Both the position numbers and the translations under genes were made by a program. Of a stretch of DNA of 62,465 nt, positions 30,131-40,023 are shown piece after piece. The notes beneath the pieces are model-generated. The model ran no database searches and was not told the DNA's origin. It saw nothing but the letters and a program-made list of their open reading frames with translations. Each line of letters opens with the position of its first letter. The first letter of the stretch is position 1. Source of the DNA: an uncultured Rhodospirillales bacterium (GTDB lineage Bacteria > Pseudomonadota > Alphaproteobacteria > Rhodospirillales > CAJXLG01); contig CAJXLG010000001.1 in the NCBI GenBank assembly GCA_913055885.1, positions 1-62,465 of the forward strand, read 5' to 3'.

Positions 30131-31420
30131 ATGGCCCGAACACCTGATCCGGCCGACCTGGAGCGGGGCCAGGCGCAACAACTCCTCGACTACCTGGACG
30201 AGGCGCTGCAGGGCGGCGGGCCCCGCCGCGCCGTGTACATCCACCTGTCGCGGCTGTCCGACCAGCAGCGCCACCTGCAGCACCTCCAGATCGCCACCAA
30301 CAGCTTCGACACCCTCATCCAGTCGGTGCAGGGCCGGCTGTTCGGCCTGGCCAACGGCGACATCGTGTTCATCTTCCCGGAAACGGCGCTGGACGAGGTG
30401 CAGTCGGCCATCGTCAAGCTGCGCTTCATGTTCGGCGACGACCCGCTTATCGCCGGCGACCGCGACGGCCCGGATTCGGAATTCGTCACGTGGTACGACC
30501 TGGCCCGCGACGCCAACCAGCTCACGGCGGTGGTCCAGGGCCAGGCGGAGGAGGAAAAGGGCCGGCGCAGCGCCGCCGGCCGGGGCAGCAGCAACGTCCC
30601 CGGGGAGGCCGAGGGCCCGCGCCGCAAGCCCCTGACACCCGGCCTCCTGGGGCAGATGGAAAGCGCCCTGGCCATGGCGGACCTGACCAACATGATGCGG
30701 CGCCAGTCGGTGTGCGCCGTGGTGGGCAATGCCGCGCCGCAGCAGATCTTTTCCGAGATCTACGTCTCCATCGGCGACCTGCGCGACCAGCTCCTGCCCA
30801 ACGTGGACATCACCGCCAACCGCTGGCTCTTCCAGCACCTCACGGAGACCCTGGACCAGCGGGTGCTGGCGCTTCTCAACAAGCGCGACGAATACACCAT
30901 CACCGGCGAAATCAGCATCAACCTCAACATCAACACCCTGCTCTCGCCGGAATTCCTGCGCTTCGACGAGAACATCCGGCCCTCCATGCGGGGCAGCATC
31001 GTGCTGGAGCTTCAGCCCACGGACATCTTCGCCGACCTGCCCACCTATCTGTTCGCCCGCGACTTCGCCCACGAGCGCGGCTACCGTATCTGCGTGGACG
31101 GCGTCATGCCGCGCATGCTGGGCCTCATCGACCGCGTCCGCCTGGGCGCCGACATGGTCAAGGTCATCAGCCACGCCGATCTCGGCACGTGGGCCCAGCA
31201 GGACGCCGAGGCGCAGGCCCGCCGGCTCATCCAGCGCATCGGCCCGGCGCGCATGATCGTCACCCGCTGCGACGATGCCGACGCCGTGAAGGCCGGGCAG
31301 GAACTGGGCATCCAGCTCTTCCAGGGCCGCCACGTGGAGCGCCTGCTGTCCGAGGAAGAGCGCAAGCGCGAACAGCGCCTGGTGCAACAGGCCAAGACGA
31401 AAGGGAAACGGACCCGGTGA
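30131..31420 (+). CDS. Degenerate EAL-domain protein, paralogue 2
   Basis: RRQSV, RWLFQHLT.TLD, ISINLNI, ICVDG, LFQG; colinear with the upstream gene. Confidence 0.78.
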   Translation: MARTPDPADLERGQAQQLLDYLDEALQGGGPRRAVYIHLSRLSDQQRHLQHLQIATNSFDTLIQSVQGRLFGLANGDIVFIFPETALDEVQSAIVKLRFMFGDDPLIAGDRDGPDSEFVTWYDLARDANQLTAVVQGQAEEEKGRRSAAGRGSSNVPGEAEGPRRKPLTPGLLGQMESALAMADLTNMMRRQSVCAVVGNAAPQQIFSEIYVSIGDLRDQLLPNVDITANRWLFQHLTETLDQRVLALLNKRDEYTITGEISINLNINTLLSPEFLRFDENIRPSMRGSIVLELQPTDIFADLPTYLFARDFAHERGYRICVDGVMPRMLGLIDRVRLGADMVKVISHADLGTWAQQDAEAQARRLIQRIGPARMIVTRCDDADAVKAGQELGIQLFQGRHVERLLSEEERKREQRLVQQAKTKGKRTR

Positions 31421-32181
31421 GCGAGCCGGCGGTGGCCGTGGACGGCCTGTACAAGCGTTTCGGCCCCGTGATGGCCGTGGACGGCATCGGCTTCACGGTG
31501 CCGGCGGGGACGACGGCGGGCCTTCTGGGCGGCAACGGCGCGGGCAAGACCACCACGCTGTCCATCCTGCTGGGCCTGTTGCTGCCCACGGCGGGCGCGG
31601 TGCGCGTCCTGGGGCACGACATGCTGACGCGGCGCTTCCGGGCGCTGCCGTGGATGAATTTCTCGTCCCCCTACGTGGACCTGCCGCACCGGCTGTCCGT
31701 GCGCGAGAACCTCACCGTCTACGGCCATCTCTACGGCGTGCGCGGCGTGCGCCGGCGCATCACCCAGCTCGCCGAGGAGCTGGACATGGGGGCCTTCCTC
31801 AAGCGGCCGGTGGGCCGGCTGTCGGCGGGGCAGAAAACGCGCGTGGCGCTGGCCAAGGCGCTTCTCAACCGGCCGCGCCTGCTTCTCCTGGACGAGCCCA
31901 CGGCCTCCCTGGACCCGGACACGGCGGACCGCGTGCGCACCTACCTGGAACGCTACCGCGACGCCCACGGCGCGGCCCTCCTGCTCGCCTCCCACAACAT
32001 GGCGGAGGTGGAGCGCCTGTGCGACGACGTGAAGATCCTGCACCAGGGCCGCATCAGCGACGAGGGCCCGCCCGGCGACCTCATCCGGCGCTACGGCCGG
32101 GAGACGCTGGAGGAGGTTTTCCTGCACATCGCCCGCGGGCGCGACGGCATCGCCTACATCTACGACATGGAGGACCGGTGA
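31417..32181 (+). CDS. ABC transporter ATP-binding protein (ABC-2 type)
   Basis: GGNGAGKTT, LSAGQ, LLLLDEPT, SHNM; GTG start overlaps the upstream stop. Confidence 0.92.
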   Translation: MSEPAVAVDGLYKRFGPVMAVDGIGFTVPAGTTAGLLGGNGAGKTTTLSILLGLLLPTAGAVRVLGHDMLTRRFRALPWMNFSSPYVDLPHRLSVRENLTVYGHLYGVRGVRRRITQLAEELDMGAFLKRPVGRLSAGQKTRVALAKALLNRPRLLLLDEPTASLDPDTADRVRTYLERYRDAHGAALLLASHNMAEVERLCDDVKILHQGRISDEGPPGDLIRRYGRETLEEVFLHIARGRDGIAYIYDMEDR

Positions 32182-32999
32182 CGGCGCATCCGGCCACGGC
32201 GGGCGGCAACCCCTTCCGGCGCATGGGCGCCCTGGTGCTGCGCAACCTCTACCTGGTGCGCAGCTCATGGCCGCGGGTGATCGAGATGGCCTACTGGCCC
32301 ACGGTGCAGATGATCATCTGGGGCTTCATCACCAAGTTCTTCCTCACCCACTCCTCCTGGCTGGTGGAGGCGGCGGGGGCCCTCATCGCCGCCGTCCTGC
32401 TGTGGGACACCATGTTCCGCGGCAACCTGGGCGTCGCCGTGTCCTTCCTGGAGGAGATGTGGTCGCGCAATCTGGCCCAGATCTTCGTGGCGCCCCTCCG
32501 GCCGTGGGAGCTGGTGGGGGCGCTCACGGGCATCAGCCTCATCCGCACCCTCATCGGCGTGGTGCCCGCCGCCGTGCTGGCCATTCCGCTCTACGACTAC
32601 TCCATCTTCGCCATGGGCCTGCCGCTGCTGGCGTTCTTCACCAACATCCTGGTGATGGGCTGGTCCGTGGGGCTCGTCGTGGCGGGCATCGTGCTGCGTT
32701 TCGGCCTGGGGGCAGAGGGGCTGGCGTGGCTGGCCATCTTCGCCTTCGCGCCCCTGTCCGGGGTCTATTATCCCATCGCCACCCTGCCGCCGTGGCTGCA
32801 GCCGGTGGCCTGGGCCCTGCCGTCGTCCTATGTGTTCGAGGGCATGCGCGCCGTGCTCTTCGACGGGGTCTTCCGCTGGGACCTCTTCGCCTGGTCGGTG
32901 GGACTCAACGCCCTCTACCTGGGCCTGGCGGCGGCGTTCTTCCTGGGGATGTTCCGGGTGGCCCGCCATCGCGGGCTGCTCCTGGACGTGGGCGAGTAG
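32178..32999 (+). CDS. ABC-2 type permease
   Basis: About six TM helices, EEMWSRNL, SGVYYP...LP.WLQ. Confidence 0.9.
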   Translation: MTAHPATAGGNPFRRMGALVLRNLYLVRSSWPRVIEMAYWPTVQMIIWGFITKFFLTHSSWLVEAAGALIAAVLLWDTMFRGNLGVAVSFLEEMWSRNLAQIFVAPLRPWELVGALTGISLIRTLIGVVPAAVLAIPLYDYSIFAMGLPLLAFFTNILVMGWSVGLVVAGIVLRFGLGAEGLAWLAIFAFAPLSGVYYPIATLPPWLQPVAWALPSSYVFEGMRAVLFDGVFRWDLFAWSVGLNALYLGLAAAFFLGMFRVARHRGLLLDVGE

Positions 33000-33029
33000 C
33001 CGCGCGCATCCGGGACAAGGGCCGTCGTT

Positions 33030-34049
33030 TCAGCCGCCGTCCACGCCGGCCTCGTCGAAGGTGGCCATGCCGGCGTGGCAGGCGGCGGCGGCGCGCACCA
33101 GCGGCACGGCGAGCACCGCCCCCGACGCCTCGCCCAGGCGCATCCCCAGGTCCAGGAGCGGCTCCTGGTCCACGGCTTCCACCAGCCGGCGATGGGCGGG
33201 CTCGGCGGAGGCGTGGGCGACGCGGCAGTGGTCCAGGGCGTCGGGCGCCAGGGCATAGAGCACGCCGGCCGCCGCCGTGGCGACGAAGCCGTCCAGGAGC
33301 ACGGGCACCCGCGCCAGCCGCGCCGCCAGCACGGCCCCCGCCATGGCCGCCAGCTCGCGGCCGCCCAGCCGGCGCAGCACTTCCAGCGGATCCCCCAGGT
33401 GCCCGCGATGCCGCGCCAGCCCTTCCTCCACCACGGAAACCTTGTGGGCCAGGGCGCTGCCTTCCACCCCCGTTCCCGGCCCGGTCCAGTCGGCGGCATG
33501 GCGGTCGAACAGGCCGCTGGCCACGGCGGCGGCGCTGGTGGTGTTGGCGATGCCCATCTCCCCCACGCACAGCAGGTCGATGTCGCGCTCCAGGGCGCGC
33601 AGGCCGAAACTGAACGCCGTCACGCATTCCGCCGCGTCCATGGCCGCCGTGCGGGTGAAGTCGGCGGTGGGGGTGTCGAGGGTCAGTTCGTCCACGGAAA
33701 GGCCCACGCCGCAGGCGCCGCAGAGCTGGTTCACGGCGGCGCCGCCGTGCACGAAGTTGTCCACCATCTGGCGGGTCACGCTCTGCGGGAAGGCGGAGAC
33801 GCCGCGCGCCGCGACGCCGTGGTTGCCGGCGAAGATCACGGCGTGGGGCGATTCCACGCGCGGCGGATGGCGTCCCTGCCACGCCGCCAGCCAGGCCGCC
33901 AGGTCCTCCAGCCGGCCCAGGGATCCGGGCGGCTTGGTGAGCCGGGGTTCGCGTGCCCCGGCAGCCGCCTGCGCCGCCGTGTCGGGTCCGGGGCGCTCGG
34001 CCACCAGGGCACGGATATCGTCGAGGGTGTGCGGCGTATGGCGTGACAT
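33030..34049 (-). CDS. cobT: Nicotinate-nucleotide-dimethylbenzimidazole phosphoribosyltransferase
   Basis: TKPPGSLGRLE, FAGNHGV, GEMGIANTT, LGMRLGEASG (called cobU in aerobic-pathway nomenclature). Confidence 0.95.
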   Translation of the reverse strand: MSRHTPHTLDDIRALVAERPGPDTAAQAAAGAREPRLTKPPGSLGRLEDLAAWLAAWQGRHPPRVESPHAVIFAGNHGVAARGVSAFPQSVTRQMVDNFVHGGAAVNQLCGACGVGLSVDELTLDTPTADFTRTAAMDAAECVTAFSFGLRALERDIDLLCVGEMGIANTTSAAAVASGLFDRHAADWTGPGTGVEGSALAHKVSVVEEGLARHRGHLGDPLEVLRRLGGRELAAMAGAVLAARLARVPVLLDGFVATAAAGVLYALAPDALDHCRVAHASAEPAHRRLVEAVDQEPLLDLGMRLGEASGAVLAVPLVRAAAACHAGMATFDEAGVDGG

Positions 34050-34125
34050 GGGCGGCGGTCCGCTTGCGGTGGGCTCCGGATCTTCTATACCGTTCGCGGA
34101 CGTCCACGCCAACAGCGGACCCGCC

Positions 34126-34902
34126 ATGCCGTCGCCGCCGCGCCTGCCGTCCCCCGCCGCCTGGGCCGCCGACCTGCACCTTGCCGGCGTTTTCCTGACG
34201 CGTCTCCCCCTCGGGTCGCTGATGCGCGCCGGCACCCCGGCGCGCGCCGTGCGCGCCTATCCCGTCGTGGGCGCGGCCGTGGGCGCGGCCGGCGGCGGCA
34301 CCCTGCTGGCGGCCGCGGCCCTGGGCCTGCCCGCCCCGGCCGCCGCCGGCCTGGCGGTGGGCGTCACCATCCTCGTCACGGGGGCCCTGCACGAGGACGG
34401 CCTGGCCGACGTGGCCGACGCCTGCGGCCCGGCCGACCGCGACCAGCGCCTGGCCGTCATGCGCGACAGCCGGGTGGGCACCTTCGGCGTCCTGGCCCTG
34501 GTCCTGTCGGTGCTCCTGCGCGTCGCGGCCCTGGCCGGCCCGGCGCCGCTGGTGGCGGCCGCGGGGCTGGCGGGCGCCGCGGGCGCGGCCCGCGCCGGGC
34601 CCGCCGTGCTGCTCCACGCCATGCCGCCGGCGCGCGGCGACGGCCTTGCCGCCGGTGTCGGCCGGCCCGACCGGGAAACCCTCGGCTGGGCCGTGGGGCT
34701 GGGCGCGCTCGCCCTGGTCCTGCCGGCCGTGGCCGCCGGGCCCACGGCCGCCGCGGCCATGGCCCTGGCCGTGGCCGCCGCGACGGCCGGCGCGGGTTTC
34801 CTGGCTCACCGGCTGGTGGGCGGCCTGACGGGCGACACCCTGGGCGCCGGCATCCAGGCGGCGGAGATCACCGCCCTCCTCGCCCTGGCGGGGGCGGCAT
34901 GA
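34126..34902 (+). CDS. cobS: Adenosylcobinamide-GDP ribazoletransferase
   Basis: FLTRLP, TGALHEDGLADVAD, MRDSRVGTFG, GGLTGD.LGA. Confidence 0.93.
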   Translation: MPSPPRLPSPAAWAADLHLAGVFLTRLPLGSLMRAGTPARAVRAYPVVGAAVGAAGGGTLLAAAALGLPAPAAAGLAVGVTILVTGALHEDGLADVADACGPADRDQRLAVMRDSRVGTFGVLALVLSVLLRVAALAGPAPLVAAAGLAGAAGAARAGPAVLLHAMPPARGDGLAAGVGRPDRETLGWAVGLGALALVLPAVAAGPTAAAAMALAVAAATAGAGFLAHRLVGGLTGDTLGAGIQAAEITALLALAGAA

Positions 34903-35510
34903 GCGGGCCCGTCACGCGCTGGTGGTGGGTGCGCCACGCGCCGACGCGGGGTGACCGGGGCATCATCCGGGGGAGCGGCACCGACGCCCCGGCCGACACG
35001 GCCCATCCGGTTGCCCTCGATGGTCTGGCCGCCCTGCTGCCGCCGCCGGACGCCCTTTTCGTCACGCCCCTTCAACGAACGGCGCAGACGGCCCGTGCCC
35101 TGGCCGAACATGGCGTGGTGCTGCCCGATGCCGCCGTGGAGCCGGCCTTCGCGGAACAGCATTTCGGCACCTGGGAAGGCGGTCGGTGGGACGGCCTCGC
35201 CGACGCGGCCGCCGCCTTCTGGCGCGACCCGGCGCGCACGGCCCCGCCCGGCGGCGAGGCCCTGGCGACGGTGATGGCCCGCGTGGGCACGGCCGTGGAC
35301 GGCCACACGCGGGCGAACGCGGGCGGCGACATCCTGTGCGTCGCCCATGCCGGCGCGTTGCGCGGGGCCGTGGCGCACGCCCTCGGCCTGACACCGGACC
35401 AGGCCCTGCGGCTGGCCTTCGACCCGCTCGGGGTGACGCGCCTGGAGGCCCTGGGCGATGCGGGCTGGCGCGTCGGCTGCATCAATCAGGTCGTGCCGGA
35501 GGTTCCATGA
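34899..35510 (+). CDS. Histidine phosphatase, probably CobC-like ribazole phosphatase
   Basis: VRHAP, EQHFGTWEG, VAHAG; lies between cobS and cobU. Confidence 0.8.
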   Translation: MSGPVTRWWWVRHAPTRGDRGIIRGSGTDAPADTAHPVALDGLAALLPPPDALFVTPLQRTAQTARALAEHGVVLPDAAVEPAFAEQHFGTWEGGRWDGLADAAAAFWRDPARTAPPGGEALATVMARVGTAVDGHTRANAGGDILCVAHAGALRGAVAHALGLTPDQALRLAFDPLGVTRLEALGDAGWRVGCINQVVPEVP

Positions 35511-36034
35511 CCCTGCCGCCCCTCACCCTGGTCCTCGGCGGGGCCCGGTCGGGCAAGAGCGCCCACGCCGAGACCCTCGTGGAAAGCCACGCTTCGTCGG
35601 GCCTTTATGTGGCCACGGCCCGCATCGACGATGCCGAAATGGAAATCCGCGCCGCCGCTCACCGCGAGCGCCGGGGCCCCTTCTGGACCACGGCGGAGGC
35701 GCCCCTGGACCCGGGGGCCGCCCTGGCCGACGCGGCCCCCGGCCGCCCCGCGCTCGTGGACTGCCTGACCCTGTGGCTGAACAACCTCATGGCCGAGGGG
35801 TACGACGTCGAAACGGCCAGCGAGGACCTGTTCGCCGCCCTGGCGGCGGCCCCCGGGCCGGTGGTCCTGGTGGCCAACGAGGTGGGGCTGGGCATTGTGC
35901 CGGACAACGCCCTGGCGCGCGCCTTCCGCGACCATGCCGGCCGGCTCAATCAGGCGGTGGCGGCGCGCGCCGACCGGGTGGACTTCGTGGCGGCGGGGCT
36001 GGTCATGCCCCTGAAACGAGGGGAAGCAGGGTGA
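35507..36034 (+). CDS. cobU: Bifunctional adenosylcobinamide kinase / guanylyltransferase
   Basis: GGARSGKS, VDCLTLWL, NEVGLGIVP, FRD.AG.LNQ (also called cobP). Confidence 0.95.
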   Translation: MTLPPLTLVLGGARSGKSAHAETLVESHASSGLYVATARIDDAEMEIRAAAHRERRGPFWTTAEAPLDPGAALADAAPGRPALVDCLTLWLNNLMAEGYDVETASEDLFAALAAAPGPVVLVANEVGLGIVPDNALARAFRDHAGRLNQAVAARADRVDFVAAGLVMPLKRGEAG

Positions 36035-37001
36035 ACCGGCCGCCCATGCGCAGGATGAGCAGGACGGCCGCCAGGGCGGCAGTAATGAGCCCGCCCACGG
36101 CGTAGAGAAAAAGCATGCGGCGCACGTCCTGCGGCGTGGCACGCGCCCGGCCGTCGCCCAGCCACGGCGTCTTCACCTTCTGCGCCGCCAGGGGGCGGGG
36201 CCCGCCCAGGCACAGGTGGAGGGCGCCGGCGGCCGCGGCCACCGTCCAGCCGGGCCCCGGGCCGGCGTAGTGGCGCGCCTGGCGCACCACGGTGCCCAGG
36301 GCGGCGAGGGGCCGCGCCGTGGGCACGAAGAGGGCGGCCAGCGCCAGGATGAGCCCCGCCAGCCGGGCGGGCACCAGGGCGGCGAGGGCGTGCAGCCGGC
36401 GCGCCGCCGCGCCGAAGGCGCGATGGGCGTCGGTGGGATGGCCGATGCCCTCGGCCGTGACGGCCAGCACCCGGTGCGCCGCCAGCCCCGGCAGCCCCAG
36501 AAGGGCGTACCAGAAAACGGGCGCCACCACGCGCTCGCCGAATCCCACGGCCAGGGCCTCCACGGCCCCGCGCGCCACCCCGTGGCCGTCCAGGTGCACC
36601 GTCTCCCAGGGCACCAGGGGGCGCAGGGCGAGGCGCGCCGGATCGACCCCCTGGTCGCGCAGGGCGCGGCCGACGGCGCGCCCGCCGTCGAACAACCGGC
36701 GGGCGTCCAGAAGCATGACGAGCACAACGAGTTCCAGGACCCAGCCGTAGGCGAACAGCAGGCGCCCCGCCCACACCAGGGCCCCCGCCACGATGGCCGG
36801 CACCACCAGGATCACCACCACCACGGCGCCGCGGAAGGCGCGGTCCCCTTCCGGCCGCTGCGGCCGGTTCAGCTTGCGGTCCAGGAAGCCCACGAAACGC
36901 CGCAGCCGCCCGGCGGCGTCGGGCAGCAGGCCGAAGCCGCCGCCGTAGGCGTCCACGGCCAGGGCCAGGAGCAGCAGCGCCAGCGGGTCCGCATCGGGCA
37001 T
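36003..37001 (-). CDS. CobD/CbiB family adenosylcobinamide-phosphate synthase (divergent)
   Basis: Membrane protein with ARGAVEALA..F.E.VVAPVFWY...GLPG and VPARL; cob context. Confidence 0.8.
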   Translation of the reverse strand: MPDADPLALLLLALAVDAYGGGFGLLPDAAGRLRRFVGFLDRKLNRPQRPEGDRAFRGAVVVVILVVPAIVAGALVWAGRLLFAYGWVLELVVLVMLLDARRLFDGGRAVGRALRDQGVDPARLALRPLVPWETVHLDGHGVARGAVEALAVGFGERVVAPVFWYALLGLPGLAAHRVLAVTAEGIGHPTDAHRAFGAAARRLHALAALVPARLAGLILALAALFVPTARPLAALGTVVRQARHYAGPGPGWTVAAAAGALHLCLGGPRPLAAQKVKTPWLGDGRARATPQDVRRMLFLYAVGGLITAALAAVLLILRMGGRFTLLPLVSGA

Positions 37002-37007
37002 GGCGCC

Positions 37008-37577
37008 TCAGCCGTCGCCGGTGGCCCGTTTGAGCCGTGCCGCCACGGCCCGGTTGCCGTTGCGCCGGGCGTAGGCCACGGCGGTGCGCCCGGTGTAGTC
37101 GGTGGCGCGCGGATCGGCCCCCGCGTCGAGGAGGGCGTTCAGGGTCTCCATGTGGCCGTTGGCGGCGGCCACGATGAGGGGGGTGCGGCCCTGGTCGTCG
37201 GGCGCCTCGAGGCCGGCCCCGGCCTCGATGAGTTGGCCCGCCATGGCCGGGCGGCCCTGGCGGGCGGCCTCGTGCAGGGCCGTCTCGCCCGTTTCGCCCG
37301 TGTAATCGGGGCGCGCGCCGTTCTTCAGAAGGACCCTGAGAATTTTCTTGTTGCCCTGGCGCACGGCGTGCTGGAGGACGGGCTCGCCGTCGGCGCCCGT
37401 CTGGTTGGGCGTCGTGTCGCCCATGAGCACCCGTTGGACCTTGTCCGCGTCCCCCGCCTGGATGGCCCGCACCAGCTCGGACTGGAAGTGGATCTGCTGC
37501 TCGGCCCGGGCGGCTTCCGGCCCGGCGGCCAGGCCGGCGGCGGCCGCCACCACGGCGGCCGGGAAAAGACGACGCAT
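37008..37577 (-). CDS. Exported ankyrin-repeat protein
   Basis: Signal peptide; GEPVLQHA, GETALHEA, GRTPLIVA, GRTAVAYA repeats. Confidence 0.88.
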   Translation of the reverse strand: MRRLFPAAVVAAAAGLAAGPEAARAEQQIHFQSELVRAIQAGDADKVQRVLMGDTTPNQTGADGEPVLQHAVRQGNKKILRVLLKNGARPDYTGETGETALHEAARQGRPAMAGQLIEAGAGLEAPDDQGRTPLIVAAANGHMETLNALLDAGADPRATDYTGRTAVAYARRNGNRAVAARLKRATGDG

Positions 37578-37678
37578 GGCGCACCTCCCGTTGACGCTCT
37601 CCTTCCCGGTTATTGGGGCAAGCCGGTGGCGGGTCAAGGCGATTGCGGTGCGGCCGGGCAGCGGCTACCCTTTCCGCC

Positions 37679-38485
37679 ATGACCGACCCATCCGACGCCA
37701 TCCCCGGCGGCCTGCCCGCCATGCCGCCGTTCCGGCCGGGCGAGGTGTGGCTCGCCGGGGCCGGCCCGGGCGATCCCGGCCTGCTCACCCTGACGACGTG
37801 GCAGGCCCTGCGCCGTGCCGATGTGGTGGTGCACGACGCCCTGGTGGACGCGCGCGTCCTGGCCCTGATCCCCGACGGCGTGACGCGCGAGTCGGCGGGC
37901 AAGCGCGGCGGCCGGCCGTCGCCCGACCAGGAGTCCATCACGGAGCGCCTGACGACCCTCGCCGGCGAGGGCCGCCGGGTGCTGCGGCTCAAGGGGGGCG
38001 ACCCCTTCGTCTTCGGCCGCGGCGGCGAGGAGGCCCTGGGCCTCGTCGAGGCGGGCGTCCCCGTGCGCGTGATACCCGGCGTGACGGCGGGCACGGCGTG
38101 CCCGGGCGCGGCCGGCATTCCCCTGACCCTCAAGGAGTCGGGCAGCGCCGTCACCTTCCTCACGGGTCATGACGCGGAGGGCGGCCTGCCCGATCTGGAC
38201 TGGCCGGCGGTGGCGGGCGGCGCGCCCGTGCTCGTGCTCTACATGGCGCTGCGCACCCTGGGCGCGGCGCGGGATCGCCTTGTGGCCGCGGGCCGTGCCC
38301 CCGACGAGCCGGCCGCCGTCATCGCCGCCGGCACCACGCCGCATCAACGGGTGCTGGACGGCACCCTGGGCGACCTGCCGGAACGGGCGGAAGAGGCCGG
38401 GCTGGCGGCGCCGGCGCTGGTGGTGGTCGGCCCGCCGGCGGCGACGGGGGCCGCCCTGCGGCCCGGCCTGTTGACGGACGACTGA
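37679..38485 (+). CDS. cobA: Uroporphyrinogen-III C-methyltransferase
   Basis: GAGPGDPGLLT, RLKGGDPFVFGRGGEE, PGVTA, LYM. Confidence 0.94.
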   Translation: MTDPSDAIPGGLPAMPPFRPGEVWLAGAGPGDPGLLTLTTWQALRRADVVVHDALVDARVLALIPDGVTRESAGKRGGRPSPDQESITERLTTLAGEGRRVLRLKGGDPFVFGRGGEEALGLVEAGVPVRVIPGVTAGTACPGAAGIPLTLKESGSAVTFLTGHDAEGGLPDLDWPAVAGGAPVLVLYMALRTLGAARDRLVAAGRAPDEPAAVIAAGTTPHQRVLDGTLGDLPERAEEAGLAAPALVVVGPPAATGAALRPGLLTDD

Positions 38486-38618
38486 AAGCCGATACCCCGG
38501 CGCCGGCGGATGGCCCGGGCCGGAAGGGCGGGAAAAGGGCGCTTGATCGGCGGCCGGGGCCTTGCCTATGCTGCCTCTGTTCGCGTCCTGTTTTCACCGT
38601 TCCGGGAGCCCTGCCACC

Positions 38619-39392
38619 GTGGCCGATGCGGCCTTCGCGTCCGCGCTGTTGAGCGGCCTGAGCCAGTGCCGCGCCGTGGTCACCAGCGACGGCGGCCTGC
38701 TCGCCAGCCTGTTCCTGACGGGCCTGGTGGGCGGCGGCACGCACTGCGCCGGCATGTGCGGCCCCTTCGTCCTGTCCCAGGTGTCGGCCCGGCTGGAGCG
38801 ACGGCCCGCCGCCTGCATGAAGGAATGGCACCGCCTGACGGACGCCGCGCTCATCCCCTACCACATCGGGCGCGCCACCACCTACGCCGGCCTGGGCGCC
38901 GTGCTGGGCTCGGCCACCGGGCTGGTCACGGCGGTCTCGGGCCTGCGCTGGGTGTCGGCGGCGCTCCTGGTGGTGGCGGCCCTGCTGTTTGTCGGCTATG
39001 CCCTGCCCAGGCTGCCCCTGCCCGTTCACCTGCCCGGCCGCGAGGGCGGCGGGGAGTCCTGGTTCTCGCGCCACGTGGCGGGCCTGGCCCGGCCGTTGTT
39101 CGAGGCGCCCGTGGGCCGGCGCGGCTACACCCTGGGCCTGCTGCTGGGGTTCATTCCGTGCGGCCTGGTCTACGGGGCCCTGGCGGCCGCCGCGTCGTCG
39201 GGCGGGGCGCTGGCGGGGGCGCTGGGCATGCTGGCCTTCGCCGCCGGCACGGTGCCCAGCCTCCTCGGTGTGGGCCTCCTGGGCCATGCCGCGGGCCGCC
39301 GCTGGAACACGCTGGTGGCGCAGGGCGGCCCGGTGCTGTTGATGCTCAACGCCGGCATCCTCACCTGGATGGCCTGGACGTTGGTTGCCTGA
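38619..39392 (+). CDS. DsbD_2 / TauE-like membrane protein (start uncertain; ATG 38568 possible)
   Basis: HCAGMCGP, YHIGR..TY, G.LLGFIPCGLVY, GM.AF..GT.P. Confidence 0.82.
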   Translation: MADAAFASALLSGLSQCRAVVTSDGGLLASLFLTGLVGGGTHCAGMCGPFVLSQVSARLERRPAACMKEWHRLTDAALIPYHIGRATTYAGLGAVLGSATGLVTAVSGLRWVSAALLVVAALLFVGYALPRLPLPVHLPGREGGGESWFSRHVAGLARPLFEAPVGRRGYTLGLLLGFIPCGLVYGALAAAASSGGALAGALGMLAFAAGTVPSLLGVGLLGHAAGRRWNTLVAQGGPVLLMLNAGILTWMAWTLVA

Positions 39393-39408
39393 TCGCGAGG
39401 ATCGTGCC

Positions 39409-40023
39409 GTGACCGCAAACCGTTGGCGCAAGCTCCTGGGCGGCGTTGCCGTGGTTGTCGCGGTGATCGGGGTGGGCGTGGGCCTGCGCCTGGTGGCCGC
39501 GCCGGGGCATTTCGGTGGCGGGCGGGACACGCCCGGCGGCCCCTTCAAGCTGGTGAACACCGCCGGCGAGACGGTGACGCCGGCGCGCTGGCGCGGCCGG
39601 TACAAGCTGGTCTATTTCGGCTACACCTACTGCCCCGACGTGTGCCCCACGGCGCTGGGGATCATCAGCCGCGCCCTGGACCGGCTGGATCCGTCGGTGC
39701 GGGCGCGCATCGTCCCCGTTTTCATCACCGTGGATCCGGCCCGCGACACCCGGAAGGTGATGGCCGAATACGTGCAGCACTTCCACCCCGCCCTCATCGG
39801 CCTTACGGGGACGGAACGACAGGTCCGCCGCGCCGCCGAGGCCTACAACGTCACCCACGAGAAGGTACCGCGGGAGGAGGGGCCCTACCTCATGGACCAT
39901 TCGGCCCTCACCTACCTCATGGGGCCGGAGGGCGCTTTCATCCGGCAGTTCCCGCACGGCATGGCGGCGAAAAAGATGGCCGCCGCCCTGCGCGCCACCG
40001 TGAAACAGGGGGCGGGCTCATGA
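39409..40023 (+). CDS. SCO family copper chaperone
   Basis: FGYTYCPDVCP, ITVDPARD, YLMDHS; N-terminal TM. Confidence 0.93.
   Translation: MTANRWRKLLGGVAVVVAVIGVGVGLRLVAAPGHFGGGRDTPGGPFKLVNTAGETVTPARWRGRYKLVYFGYTYCPDVCPTALGIISRALDRLDPSVRARIVPVFITVDPARDTRKVMAEYVQHFHPALIGLTGTERQVRRAAEAYNVTHEKVPREEGPYLMDHSALTYLMGPEGAFIRQFPHGMAAKKMAAALRATVKQGAGS

Noticed and set aside
34050..34125. Cobalamin riboswitch at the cob genes
   Set aside because: Spacers here and at 37578-37678 are too short and lack B12-box motifs
36003..36034. 32-nt convergent overlap of cobU and cbiB
   Set aside because: Short tail overlaps are common in GC-rich genomes; no sign of function
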